From the NCBI GenBank assembly GCA_021162685.1, contig JAGGYF010000027.1, positions 1 to 56,799 of the forward strand: a DNA stretch of 56,799 nucleotides, read 5' to 3'. The stretch comes from Candidatus Iainarchaeum sp. (GTDB taxonomy: Archaea > B1Sed10-29 > WALL01). The position numbers were made by a program, and so were the translations under genes. Each line of letters opens with the position of its first letter. The stretch's first letter is position 1. Shown in pieces: positions 8,563-17,602 of this stretch. Below the pieces are notes generated by a model. The model was not told the origin of the DNA. It saw only the letters and a list, made by a program, of their open reading frames with translations, and ran no database searches.

Positions 8563-9114
8563 ATGGTGAAGATAGCAGATTTTTATAGGCTTATGTCACC
8601 AAAGCTTACAGTATTAGTAACAACTGTGGATGAAAAGGGAAGAGCAGAGGTAAGCCCATTTAGTTTTGTTTGTCCTGTTTCATTTGATCCTCCTCTATTG
8701 GTTTTGGCAGTAGGTCCAAACAAACATAGCTATTGGAATATCACCAGGGTTAAGGAGTTTGTTGTGAACATACCCACAGAGAAGATTTTGGATAAGCTCT
8801 GGATTGCAGGTGGAAAATGGGACCCAGAGGAGAGCAAGATAAAGAAAGCTGGGCTAAAAACAGAACCATCAGAAAAGGTTAAGCCACCAACATTATCAGA
8901 GTGTGCAGCATCCATAGAATGTTATGAGGAAGGGTCCAGAAAGGTAGGAGACCATGTTCTAGTAATAGGAAGGGTTGTTGCTGTAAGAGCAAATGATGAA
9001 TATATTGACCAGAAAGGAAACCTCAGGGTGGATATTGTAAGACCTCCCTTACATGTTGCAGACAATCTATTTGCGTTTCCGTACGTAACAAAAACTGTTG
9101 AGAAAAAGGACTAA
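8563..9114 (+). CDS. Flavin reductase-like FMN-binding domain protein
   Basis: LMSPKLTVLVTTVDEKGRAEVSPFSF is typical of the flavin reductase-like fold. The ATG at 8563 is in frame with the track GTG at 8554. TATA-like ttttatata sits at 8524-8532. Confidence 0.7.
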   Translation: MVKIADFYRLMSPKLTVLVTTVDEKGRAEVSPFSFVCPVSFDPPLLVLAVGPNKHSYWNITRVKEFVVNIPTEKILDKLWIAGGKWDPEESKIKKAGLKTEPSEKVKPPTLSECAASIECYEEGSRKVGDHVLVIGRVVAVRANDEYIDQKGNLRVDIVRPPLHVADNLFAFPYVTKTVEKKD

Positions 9115-10034
9115 CGCAATCGCTCTTCTAATGCACCAATCATTATCGGCAATAAAACAGTTGCATCTCCCTCAACAGTTACTTGTTTGGCATTTTCCTT
9201 TACTTTGCCCCAGGATATTGCTTCCCTTACCCTCGCACCAGAGAGTGAGCCATCCCATTCTGGAGCAGTTGTTATCCCCACAGCGTAATCTAATCCTCCT
9301 CTGAATTGGTTCCACCATATCACGTGGTGTTTTGATATGCCCCCTCCAATCATAAGTGCACCTGTCTTCTTTGCCTCAAACACAATATCAGAGAGATCCT
9401 GCTCATCCCTGAACAAATCTATCCCAAATCTTTTATGGTCCTGCCAATACATCCATAGCTGAGAACCAAATGCACCATCTGTTATGCCAGGAACAAAGAT
9501 AGGTATCTTGTTCTTCCAAGCCCAGTAAACTATGCTATCTTTTGCTCTCTTTTCCTTTGATATCGCCTCTCCAAACAACCATATGAGTTCCTTTGTAGAG
9601 TATTGCCTCTCCTCAATCTTATTGAGAATCCTCTGCATCTTTTTCTCCAAGATTATGCCATAACTCTCATTTGGGACAAACACATTACCAAGGCGATTTA
9701 TTCCTCTTTTGTGTAGTTCCCTATCATCAGCCAAAAATGTCCCATGATAATAGTTTCTCCACAATCTTGCTAGGTCATGGTCTAATGTCCCACATGTTGT
9801 GAGCAAGACATCAAATCGTTTTTTTCTCACAAGTTCTTTTATAATACCCCTCAGTCCAGTAGCAACAACACATGCTGGAAACGACAAGAATTTTGTGCAT
9901 TCCTCCCTTTCCATCTTTTCAAGTATGTCCACTGCTACACCAAGCTTCTTCGCTGTAAATCCCCCAGATGCTTCCATTGCCTTTACCATCTTGTTTGCAT
10001 CGTTTTCAATACGCATATCCTTTATTGCTCTCAT
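9111..10034 (-). CDS. dys: Deoxyhypusine synthase
   Basis: GGGISKHH, EWDGSLSGA and the catalytic-Lys motif EAISWGKV. Confidence 0.9.
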   Translation of the reverse strand: MRAIKDMRIENDANKMVKAMEASGGFTAKKLGVAVDILEKMEREECTKFLSFPACVVATGLRGIIKELVRKKRFDVLLTTCGTLDHDLARLWRNYYHGTFLADDRELHKRGINRLGNVFVPNESYGIILEKKMQRILNKIEERQYSTKELIWLFGEAISKEKRAKDSIVYWAWKNKIPIFVPGITDGAFGSQLWMYWQDHKRFGIDLFRDEQDLSDIVFEAKKTGALMIGGGISKHHVIWWNQFRGGLDYAVGITTAPEWDGSLSGARVREAISWGKVKENAKQVTVEGDATVLLPIMIGALEERLR

Positions 10035-10040
10035 AGAATC

Positions 10041-13000
10041 CTACTCCTTTATCATCCTGACAACAAACAATCCAGTGATTAATGCCACGAGATATACGAC
10101 AAGTTCAATGCCGCTTTCTGGCCTTGTTGGCAATGCTGGCGGAGCAATTTCCTTCTCCTCACCAAACGCCTTTTCTGGCTTGTCTATTGCTGTCGGTTGT
10201 AGCAATGGAGGTTCGGTTCTTCCAGTTATTGGATTAAATCCATTTGTCTTGAAATTGTTGTTTACTTCTACTGGCTGACCGTTCACAAATACATAATTGT
10301 TGTTTGCCTTATCATATTTTATGGCGCCACCACTACCTTTTAGATATGTTACTAGTGCCTCTTCAAGTAGCGTGTTGCCCTTTCCATCCTTTATTGTTAG
10401 CAATGTTCTTCCTAATGAATCAACCTTTGTTTCAATAGTCCTCAATAGATTCGCTTCAACATGTGGTTTGCCCTTTTCGTATACCTTTATGTCTCCAGTC
10501 TTCTCGTCTATCTCTACTTGGTCTGCATCATATATCTCTTTCTTCCCCTTGTAGAACAGTTCAAATTTACTCTTATTTGTCTCTGGGTCTCTATAGAATC
10601 TCCATCCAGCTTTCTCATCGTCCGATATCTCGCCATCTCCATTCAGATCTTTTTCTGCATCAACCCTTGTGATTATACCCAGTTTTTCTCCACCAGGTAT
10701 TCGCGTCACTTTTGCATCCAAACCTAATAGGTTACCTTTTGCATCATAAACCTCCAATGGCTCTCCTGTGTCTGAAACAAATGGAGCGCCACCTGTTGCT
10801 TCAAGCCATCTCTTTCCTGACATTACAGGCATGAAATACTTTGGAAGCACATATATGAGGTTTCCTCTCTTTACAATGGTTCCACCTGTGAATACAGCAC
10901 TCTCAAAGTCATAGAGGTTATTGTTAAACCTGACCTTTCCGTTTGAAAGTACCTCTGCTCCTTCTGTGCTGAATAAGAAGTTTCCATCTATGTTATCCAT
11001 TTCCAACCTGTAGTTTCCATCATAATCTACTGTTGGGTAGATTGCACCCTGTTTTGTCTCAATGACCCTCATCTTCCCAAACATTCTTTCCAGTTCTTGG
11101 AATCCTAGGGATTCAAATTTTGAGACTACACTCGGGTTTATCTTCACCCTCTCTCCTGTATTATCAACACCAACCAATGTACATGAGCCAGCAGCACCTG
11201 TATCCACTGTTACTGCTGTGTTTGGGATGATAATTGCTGGCAATTCTGTGTCCATCCATTTGAATGGCACAAGTTCATCACTGACTATTGTCTTCCCACC
11301 ATACCTCAAATCATTGCCGAGCATTTCCACACACTCTTTGTCAACAGGATTGCCATTCTCATCAAGGTTACATAGGTCAATTGGCAGGTTACTTTCAATC
11401 CATTGTATTGTTGCATCTGATATGTGCGCATAATATATCTCATCAAATGCCATTCTCCCAGATGCATTTTCCATCTCCGTGTGTATGTTAAGTTGCTGTT
11501 GTGTGATCTCTCCTATGGATACATTTTGTAGGCCAGAAGCCTCCAAGAAATCTTTTACAGGGAGTTCTTCAAGTCCTGGTAAGCCCTTCAATGTTTCTGT
11601 CTGCTGCTCTGCTGCCAATACCTCTGGAGATGAATATTGGCCAACACCTATGATAGTAAATGCTTGCTCCTGGCATGTCGCAAGGTCATTTAAGCACTCC
11701 TTTCTCAGCTGCATCTTATACACAGAAAGGGCAAGAGAGCCCAACATAACAGCAGCTCCAGCAGGACCACCAGCAGCCAAGACATACTGCGACATAGTTG
11801 CTCCTGCCAATCCTGCACTCCCCAGGCTTTCTCCCTGCATACATTCTGTAAGCTTGTTATAGCATGAAGGCCTGCCACCAGCACAGTACTCAGATGTTTC
11901 ATTTTCCAAGCTCTTCTTCTCTGCTTCTATGCACTTTGCAAGCTTGTCCATGTCAGTAAGCTCTGATGTCATAAACTCCTTTCCTGCGAGCATCCCATAT
12001 TTTGATGTTGCATACATTCCAAGAGGCATGCCCATTATTGCCAGTGACTTTGATGCAGGAAGTATAGATGTAGGTGTCAGGAACATATGAAATGCACTGG
12101 ACGCAATGAATAGTTTTGAGAACAACCCCCAACTTCCAATTTTCCATACAAATGGGTCTAATACAGTGAACACGCCAGAGAGTTGTGTTTTATCTCCATA
12201 GAGATGTGCATACAAATCAATATCATATGTCCACATGCCCATAGCAGTTAACATCTTCTTCTCTTCACCCTCTGAGCGTTCAGCCATTGTTCTAGGATCC
12301 TCTATTGCAGTAAATTGATGGTTTTCCCAGTTTCTTATCCTAAGTATATAGTATCTTCCATGAGAGGTTTCTTCCTCATCTATCTTTGTCATACCCCTTG
12401 GTTTCTCTTTTTCAACAATAATCACACCAGACCTTGGAGGATACATTACTCCTCCAAACACCAAAACATCACCAAGCGCATTTGCCTTTTGTTGCAGTGG
12501 AACCAAATTCTTGTTAACCTGCCCGACCATATCCATAAACATTGTTCCGAGTTCTCCACCAAGGTAGGACTTTGTTATGCCCCTCACAATAGAATTTGTT
12601 GCCATAATAACAATAACAGAATCATCTTTGAATATGCCAGTATCCTCCTTTGAGTAGTGCAGAGTTAGTCCAGAACCCGTTACCTCAAAGTATCCTTTTC
12701 TGAGGAAATAGTCATTTACGTAATGTAATGCCCTTGCTATCGCAATTGCCTTTGTTCCTATGCCTGTATATATTGTTCTGATAAGTGTATTAAACACGCG
12801 CAAACTAAAGGTTGCTGTTCCCTCTGCAACAGCCCTTTTCACTCTAAGTGTACTTGATGGTTTGAATAATGTTTTAAGGATGCCCCCCTGCTTCTCAACA
12901 AGTCTGGAGAATGACAATGCATTTTTTGCATCCCTTGCTGCTTGAAGTGATGCATATTTTGTGCTTTTCCCTGCTAGTTCTGTTATGTCATCAATCGCAC

Positions 13001-14567
13001 CTGTTACTTGGTGTGCCTTGGCTACCTTTTCAATTGTTGCTGCCAGAAGAGGGTCAGATTTATACACCTTTTCTATGTATGCTTTGTATTGACTTGGACT
13101 CAGATTGTCTATTACTTCTCCAGTCTCCCTCCATATGACCTCACCATTCGCAGTTATTACGGGCCTATACACTGGCACGTTGTCATATTTATCAATCATC
13201 TTCATCCCTGTTTTCATCTCTTCCCACAGTGATTTTGCTTCATCTACTTCCCCTTTCTTAATCAGTTCTGCTATCTCCTTAAATCTGTCCTTAACTGCTG
13301 GTTTCAATGATTCGAAATTTTCGCTTTCCTTCACAAGTGCTTCTCTTCTGGTAACAAGTTTTTTGATATTCTCTGGTACTTTATCGCTTTTGGCCCAATT
13401 TATAGCTTCATCAATACTTACCTGATCTTTTGTTTTTTCTACTGCTGTCGCGTACCTATCTAATAGCGTATCATCTACATACTTTATCTCATCATCAAGT
13501 ATCTTTGAAAGTTCGTCCATATTGTCGGCATAACCGCTGAATTTGCCCGATGTGCTGCTGAGGTATGCTCTCGCTTTTACCAAATCTGATTTTTTGTTTG
13601 ATGTTGTCAAGGTTATTTTGGCTTTCTCAGCTCCATCCCAGACATCATCAATATCATCAGTCATCGTGCTGAGCCTTTCCATCCGTGCAGACCTTGTGAG
13701 CATGTCTCCTTCTGTTTTTCCACCAAACAGCTGTTTGAACTTTCGTAGCAGGCCGCCTTTCTTCACAGACCCTTCATATGCGCCAGCATTTTTGAATACA
13801 GAACCAAGGCCAACAATTGCTATAACCATGTCTGCCATGTCCAGTTTTTTCATCGCTGCTGTGTACATGGTCAATGCCTGTGGTAATATGAATATTGTTG
13901 TACCTGGTCCCCCAGTGGCCATGCTTGTTGTAAACTCTGTTCCCCTTACTCTGCTCTGGCTGAGGTCCATTAAATCACTTGGTAGCAGTTCCTCCTCTGG
14001 CGACAATGAGACGAACGTGCTTATGATATCTGCTTTTGTTTTTGCGCTCCTCAGGCTGTCAATGTACTCCTTTGTTTTGTCCACATCGCCATTGCGCACG
14101 CACACGTTTTTATCAGATGCATTGACAGGGGATTGACCACATATCGCGAGATTCTCTCTCAGATGGCCACCATATTCTATCCTTCCATCTATATTTGTTC
14201 CTATAAGCCAGCCATTATCCTTTTGTAGTCTATCCCCTAGCACCTTATAGTAGAAGACAGGACCATCTGCACCCATAAAATAGAAGTTATAATCATCTGC
14301 AATCTGTTGTTGTTTTGTCTTTTTTTCAATACCAAGCTTTTCTAGTGCTTGCTGTTGCCTGTAATGCTCGGCACTTGTCGCAACATCTTGGGTTACAATA
14401 CCCTGTATTGCTGTTGCCTGATAATAGTTAAGTTCAGTGACATTTAGTGCATTACTTATGTCACAGAAATTATCTTGGTCTTGGGTTTCCTGGGCCATAA
14501 CCCCAAATGGCCAGAAAATGCTCATAAATAGGATAATACTGAAAACGAAGGCCACATATTTTTGCAT
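10041..14567 (-). CDS. Giant membrane-anchored surface protein (1,508 aa), no recognised family
   Basis: The likely start MQKYVAFVFSIILFMSIFWPFGVMAQE is a signal peptide; the track start at 14615 adds 16 aa. A K/E-rich helical region covers roughly aa 330-560. There are three internal hydrophobic clusters. The C-terminal third is beta-rich, followed by a Pro-rich stalk (PPALPTRPESG) and a terminal TM (IELVVYLVALITGLFVVRMIKE). Confidence 0.8.
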   Translation of the reverse strand: MQKYVAFVFSIILFMSIFWPFGVMAQETQDQDNFCDISNALNVTELNYYQATAIQGIVTQDVATSAEHYRQQQALEKLGIEKKTKQQQIADDYNFYFMGADGPVFYYKVLGDRLQKDNGWLIGTNIDGRIEYGGHLRENLAICGQSPVNASDKNVCVRNGDVDKTKEYIDSLRSAKTKADIISTFVSLSPEEELLPSDLMDLSQSRVRGTEFTTSMATGGPGTTIFILPQALTMYTAAMKKLDMADMVIAIVGLGSVFKNAGAYEGSVKKGGLLRKFKQLFGGKTEGDMLTRSARMERLSTMTDDIDDVWDGAEKAKITLTTSNKKSDLVKARAYLSSTSGKFSGYADNMDELSKILDDEIKYVDDTLLDRYATAVEKTKDQVSIDEAINWAKSDKVPENIKKLVTRREALVKESENFESLKPAVKDRFKEIAELIKKGEVDEAKSLWEEMKTGMKMIDKYDNVPVYRPVITANGEVIWRETGEVIDNLSPSQYKAYIEKVYKSDPLLAATIEKVAKAHQVTGAIDDITELAGKSTKYASLQAARDAKNALSFSRLVEKQGGILKTLFKPSSTLRVKRAVAEGTATFSLRVFNTLIRTIYTGIGTKAIAIARALHYVNDYFLRKGYFEVTGSGLTLHYSKEDTGIFKDDSVIVIMATNSIVRGITKSYLGGELGTMFMDMVGQVNKNLVPLQQKANALGDVLVFGGVMYPPRSGVIIVEKEKPRGMTKIDEEETSHGRYYILRIRNWENHQFTAIEDPRTMAERSEGEEKKMLTAMGMWTYDIDLYAHLYGDKTQLSGVFTVLDPFVWKIGSWGLFSKLFIASSAFHMFLTPTSILPASKSLAIMGMPLGMYATSKYGMLAGKEFMTSELTDMDKLAKCIEAEKKSLENETSEYCAGGRPSCYNKLTECMQGESLGSAGLAGATMSQYVLAAGGPAGAAVMLGSLALSVYKMQLRKECLNDLATCQEQAFTIIGVGQYSSPEVLAAEQQTETLKGLPGLEELPVKDFLEASGLQNVSIGEITQQQLNIHTEMENASGRMAFDEIYYAHISDATIQWIESNLPIDLCNLDENGNPVDKECVEMLGNDLRYGGKTIVSDELVPFKWMDTELPAIIIPNTAVTVDTGAAGSCTLVGVDNTGERVKINPSVVSKFESLGFQELERMFGKMRVIETKQGAIYPTVDYDGNYRLEMDNIDGNFLFSTEGAEVLSNGKVRFNNNLYDFESAVFTGGTIVKRGNLIYVLPKYFMPVMSGKRWLEATGGAPFVSDTGEPLEVYDAKGNLLGLDAKVTRIPGGEKLGIITRVDAEKDLNGDGEISDDEKAGWRFYRDPETNKSKFELFYKGKKEIYDADQVEIDEKTGDIKVYEKGKPHVEANLLRTIETKVDSLGRTLLTIKDGKGNTLLEEALVTYLKGSGGAIKYDKANNNYVFVNGQPVEVNNNFKTNGFNPITGRTEPPLLQPTAIDKPEKAFGEEKEIAPPALPTRPESGIELVVYLVALITGLFVVRMIKE

Positions 14568-14624
14568 AGGAATCCCTGCCCTGTAACAATTACACATTAA
14601 AGTATATATAAACATATTGCAGAA

Positions 14625-15083
14625 TTAAAGCACTGGTGGTGCCTCAACAATCCTGAACACAAATATGAGGAGCGCCCAGAATGCCAGGCTTCCTATTAGT
14701 GACATGAGATATTGCATGAGATGCCATGGTAGCATGGGATAACTATCCATGAGTTTGTGATATGCCTGTGACAGAGGGAAGACAAATATAGCAAAGGCAT
14801 ATGTTGCTGGCTCAAAGAACATTGTTAGATATTGCATCTTTATGGAGTGGTAGTACCATAGCTCAAACACAAGGAAGAGGAATGCGAATAACTGGACAAG
14901 GATAAATTGAAGAAAATAGAGAGGAGCCTTAATCTTCTTTATGACCAATGAACTCAATACAGTAGCAATGAATACAGGGATTGAGAACAAGAAGGAGATA
15001 ATGAGCCAGGTCTGACTTATTCCATACTTCGCTACCATCTGGTTCAATATAATCATTAACTCTACTATCATGTTCTCAGCCAT
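14625..15083 (-). CDS. Small membrane protein (152 aa, about 4 TM)
   Basis: Four hydrophobic segments. 8-nt overlap with the upstream PAC2 gene. The giant-protein ORF begins 10 nt downstream at its longest start (14615), or 58 nt downstream at the preferred ATG 14567. Confidence 0.6.
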   Translation of the reverse strand: MAENMIVELMIILNQMVAKYGISQTWLIISFLFSIPVFIATVLSSLVIKKIKAPLYFLQFILVQLFAFLFLVFELWYYHSIKMQYLTMFFEPATYAFAIFVFPLSQAYHKLMDSYPMLPWHLMQYLMSLIGSLAFWALLIFVFRIVEAPPVL

Positions 15084-15819
15084 ACATTGGGGAATGTTCC
15101 TCAGCTGCCTTATACTTCATCCTACCGACCTTCATCTGTTCCATCATCTTCTTCATCTTTGTCTCTATCTGTCTTGCCTCTTCCATTAATGCTTCTGTTT
15201 TTATGCTCACTCCTGTTATGTCCTCAACCTTTTCAAGCAGTTCTGCTGCTGCCCCTGGATCTGGATAACCGTGTGTTGTTTCTATGAGCAGGCTCATCGC
15301 AGGAACATTTTCAATAGCACATTTTGCCATCAATATACCTGAGACACCAGTTGTTACACCTTCAGTTATAATCTTTACACTGTGCTCTCCAAGTATCTTT
15401 TCCATCTCATCATTGCTTGCAATGCCATATATCTGGGGCTTTTCTTGGAATCCCATAGATGTCATGCCAGCAAGTGATATGATCATCTTTATCTTCTTCT
15501 GTTTCACCCATTCTATGATGGATTCAGCAATATCATAAACAGTTTCAGCAGGCACTACAAATTCAGAGAAGAGCATGACCATTTTGTTCTTTTTGTCAAC
15601 ATAGATGCGTGCAGGAAACACGGGCTTTCCCTTATGGATTGATGCCATAGGCGGGAACTTCTTTGATATAATGTACCCTATACATTCTGCACCCTGTTTT
15701 TCTGCAAGATAACCAACTGCGATTGTTCCAACAAGGCCAATACCTGGGAAACCTTCAACAAGGGTATATCCTGTCAGGTCCATATCCTTTGTGATTTTTA
15801 TCTCTACACTGCTGACCAT
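15076..15819 (-). CDS. PAC2 (proteasome assembly chaperone 2-like, COG1938) family protein
   Basis: The N-terminal LVEGFPGIGLVGTIAVGYLAEK motif and the 247-aa size are typical of archaeal PAC2-family proteins. Confidence 0.7.
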   Translation of the reverse strand: MVSSVEIKITKDMDLTGYTLVEGFPGIGLVGTIAVGYLAEKQGAECIGYIISKKFPPMASIHKGKPVFPARIYVDKKNKMVMLFSEFVVPAETVYDIAESIIEWVKQKKIKMIISLAGMTSMGFQEKPQIYGIASNDEMEKILGEHSVKIITEGVTTGVSGILMAKCAIENVPAMSLLIETTHGYPDPGAAAELLEKVEDITGVSIKTEALMEEARQIETKMKKMMEQMKVGRMKYKAAEEHSPMYG

Positions 15820-15860
15820 AATACCACACTAGAAAAAACGCACTTTTTGTTTAAAAGCCT

Positions 15861-16742
15861 TTACATGAGGCCACTAAAAAATAGGAAGATAGCAATGCCC
15901 AATGGAACAAGAATAGAAGCATATACCAAAGCCTTCTCCACCTCTCCTTCCTGGTATGCAACAAAGACAGAAGCAATAATGCTGTACTCAACAATGTATA
16001 TCTGGTTTCCCAGTATGGCATTCTTTATGATGGCTTTTTTTAGTGAGGGAGATATCCCCATGCCGAGTTCTGCCAACCCAGCAAAGTCCATAGACGAAAC
16101 CATAGATACTACAATGCCCAATACAGCAGGGACTATAATCCCTCCTGCAAGGAGCATAGTCCATCGCTCTATCAGTGCGCTGGCTTTTCTCTCACGTATG
16201 ATGGCAGCAGTTCCCCTTATCTCCTCAGCAACCTCTCTAAGTGTTTTTTCTATGTGTGAACCAACCCTATAACTCTGCATTACTACATCTATTGCTCTTG
16301 ATAGTGATCTGTTCTTGCATCTGTCCCCCATGTCTGAAAGTGCTTCCTCAACACTCATGCCATTTTTTATTTGGTTGCTGGCTTCTCTGAACTCTTTTCC
16401 AAGTACTGTTTTATGCTTTCCAATACTCTCAATAATTGTTTCAAGTGGAAGAAAGGAACTCATAGATGCCATCTCCATTAGGACATCTGGAAGTTCATCG
16501 TCTATTGCCCTGTTCATTCGTGCCCTCTTATATGACGCAATAGCAAAGGCAACTGCAAATGGCATTGTGAGCGATGAGAAAGAGGCAATGAACATCATAG
16601 TGCCGTTCAGTAAGGCTATTGAGAGGATAAAAGAGATGATACTTATCATAGCAATCTTTTTTACATCACTGCGCGAGTACCCAACAGAGCGCATTATCTC
16701 CTCAAGTTTCATATGCATGCAGGCCTCCTCATTCTTATCCAT
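15861..16742 (-). CDS. Type II secretion system F (TadC/ArlJ-half-like) platform protein, single domain
   Basis: ELPDVLMEMA...GMSVEEALSDM...RAIDVVMQSY..G..IEKTLREVAEEI followed by TM helices. This is one T2SSF repeat. Confidence 0.75.
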   Translation of the reverse strand: MDKNEEACMHMKLEEIMRSVGYSRSDVKKIAMISIISFILSIALLNGTMMFIASFSSLTMPFAVAFAIASYKRARMNRAIDDELPDVLMEMASMSSFLPLETIIESIGKHKTVLGKEFREASNQIKNGMSVEEALSDMGDRCKNRSLSRAIDVVMQSYRVGSHIEKTLREVAEEIRGTAAIIRERKASALIERWTMLLAGGIIVPAVLGIVVSMVSSMDFAGLAELGMGISPSLKKAIIKNAILGNQIYIVEYSIIASVFVAYQEGEVEKALVYASILVPLGIAIFLFFSGLM

Positions 16743-17602
16743 GCCATTATGATTATATCAACTAATGGGAATCCGATAACAGGAATCAAAAGCGCCTGTG
16801 TTGGACTTATCCCTATATCCATAAAGTTAGAACCAACAATGATAAGGGCCTGAAAGAGCGCTGGTAAAAGAACAGAGACAGCTATGAATACCAATGAATA
16901 CATGACAAGTTTTCCACCGAACTCTTTTGCATCTGCATTTTGTTTTCTTACAAGGTCATTTGCAAGGCTTTCAAGGGATTGCGCTGCTTGTTCATCCCCT
17001 CCCTTTTCATAGCACATTTTTAGATGCGTGACTGCCCTCCCCACAATTTTTGAGTCAATGCGGTGCGCAAAATCATCTAATGCATCTTGAACAGGGACAC
17101 CATTTTTTATCTCGTAAACTACTTCTATTATTTCATCAGATAGTTTTCCATACCCCTTACTTACGCTTTCAAGACATATCTCAAATGGAAGATTCATTGA
17201 TAGCTGAGTAGCAACAGTTCTTAGTGCAATGGGCAACTCTTTTTCAATAGCCCCTGTCAATGCATTTTTTCTTATGAATGGATAATAGAAGATAAAAGAT
17301 GAGATAGCAATGGTTATAACAAGTGTAATGAAGAGTATGTTATCGCTATTTGTTGTGATTATGGATAGAGGGGCCAGAAACAGTGGAAACAGGAGGAGTG
17401 ATGCATAAACTATGCTCATCCACTCCTCACCAGTTAATTCCATGCGTGAGAAATACAATGCAGTATCCAACACTCTCAATAGCTTTTCTGGTGTCTTTTT
17501 TGATAGTGGGCTGAATACATGATGTATTACTTTAATCGTGTTTATCACCAAAGTTAAATGAGTATATTTGTTTGACAACATCGCTGAATGAGCCTTCAAC
17601 AC
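16709..17602 (-). CDS. Type II secretion system F (TadB/ArlJ-half-like) platform protein, single domain
   Basis: ELPIALRTVATQLSMNLPFEICL...NGVPVQDALDDFA...RAVTHLKMCYEKGGD...LESLANDL followed by TM helices. The start is uncertain because the longest ORF overlaps the ATPase gene by 71 nt. Confidence 0.75.
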   Translation of the reverse strand: MLKAHSAMLSNKYTHLTLVINTIKVIHHVFSPLSKKTPEKLLRVLDTALYFSRMELTGEEWMSIVYASLLLFPLFLAPLSIITTNSDNILFITLVITIAISSFIFYYPFIRKNALTGAIEKELPIALRTVATQLSMNLPFEICLESVSKGYGKLSDEIIEVVYEIKNGVPVQDALDDFAHRIDSKIVGRAVTHLKMCYEKGGDEQAAQSLESLANDLVRKQNADAKEFGGKLVMYSLVFIAVSVLLPALFQALIIVGSNFMDIGISPTQALLIPVIGFPLVDIIIMAWIRMRRPACI

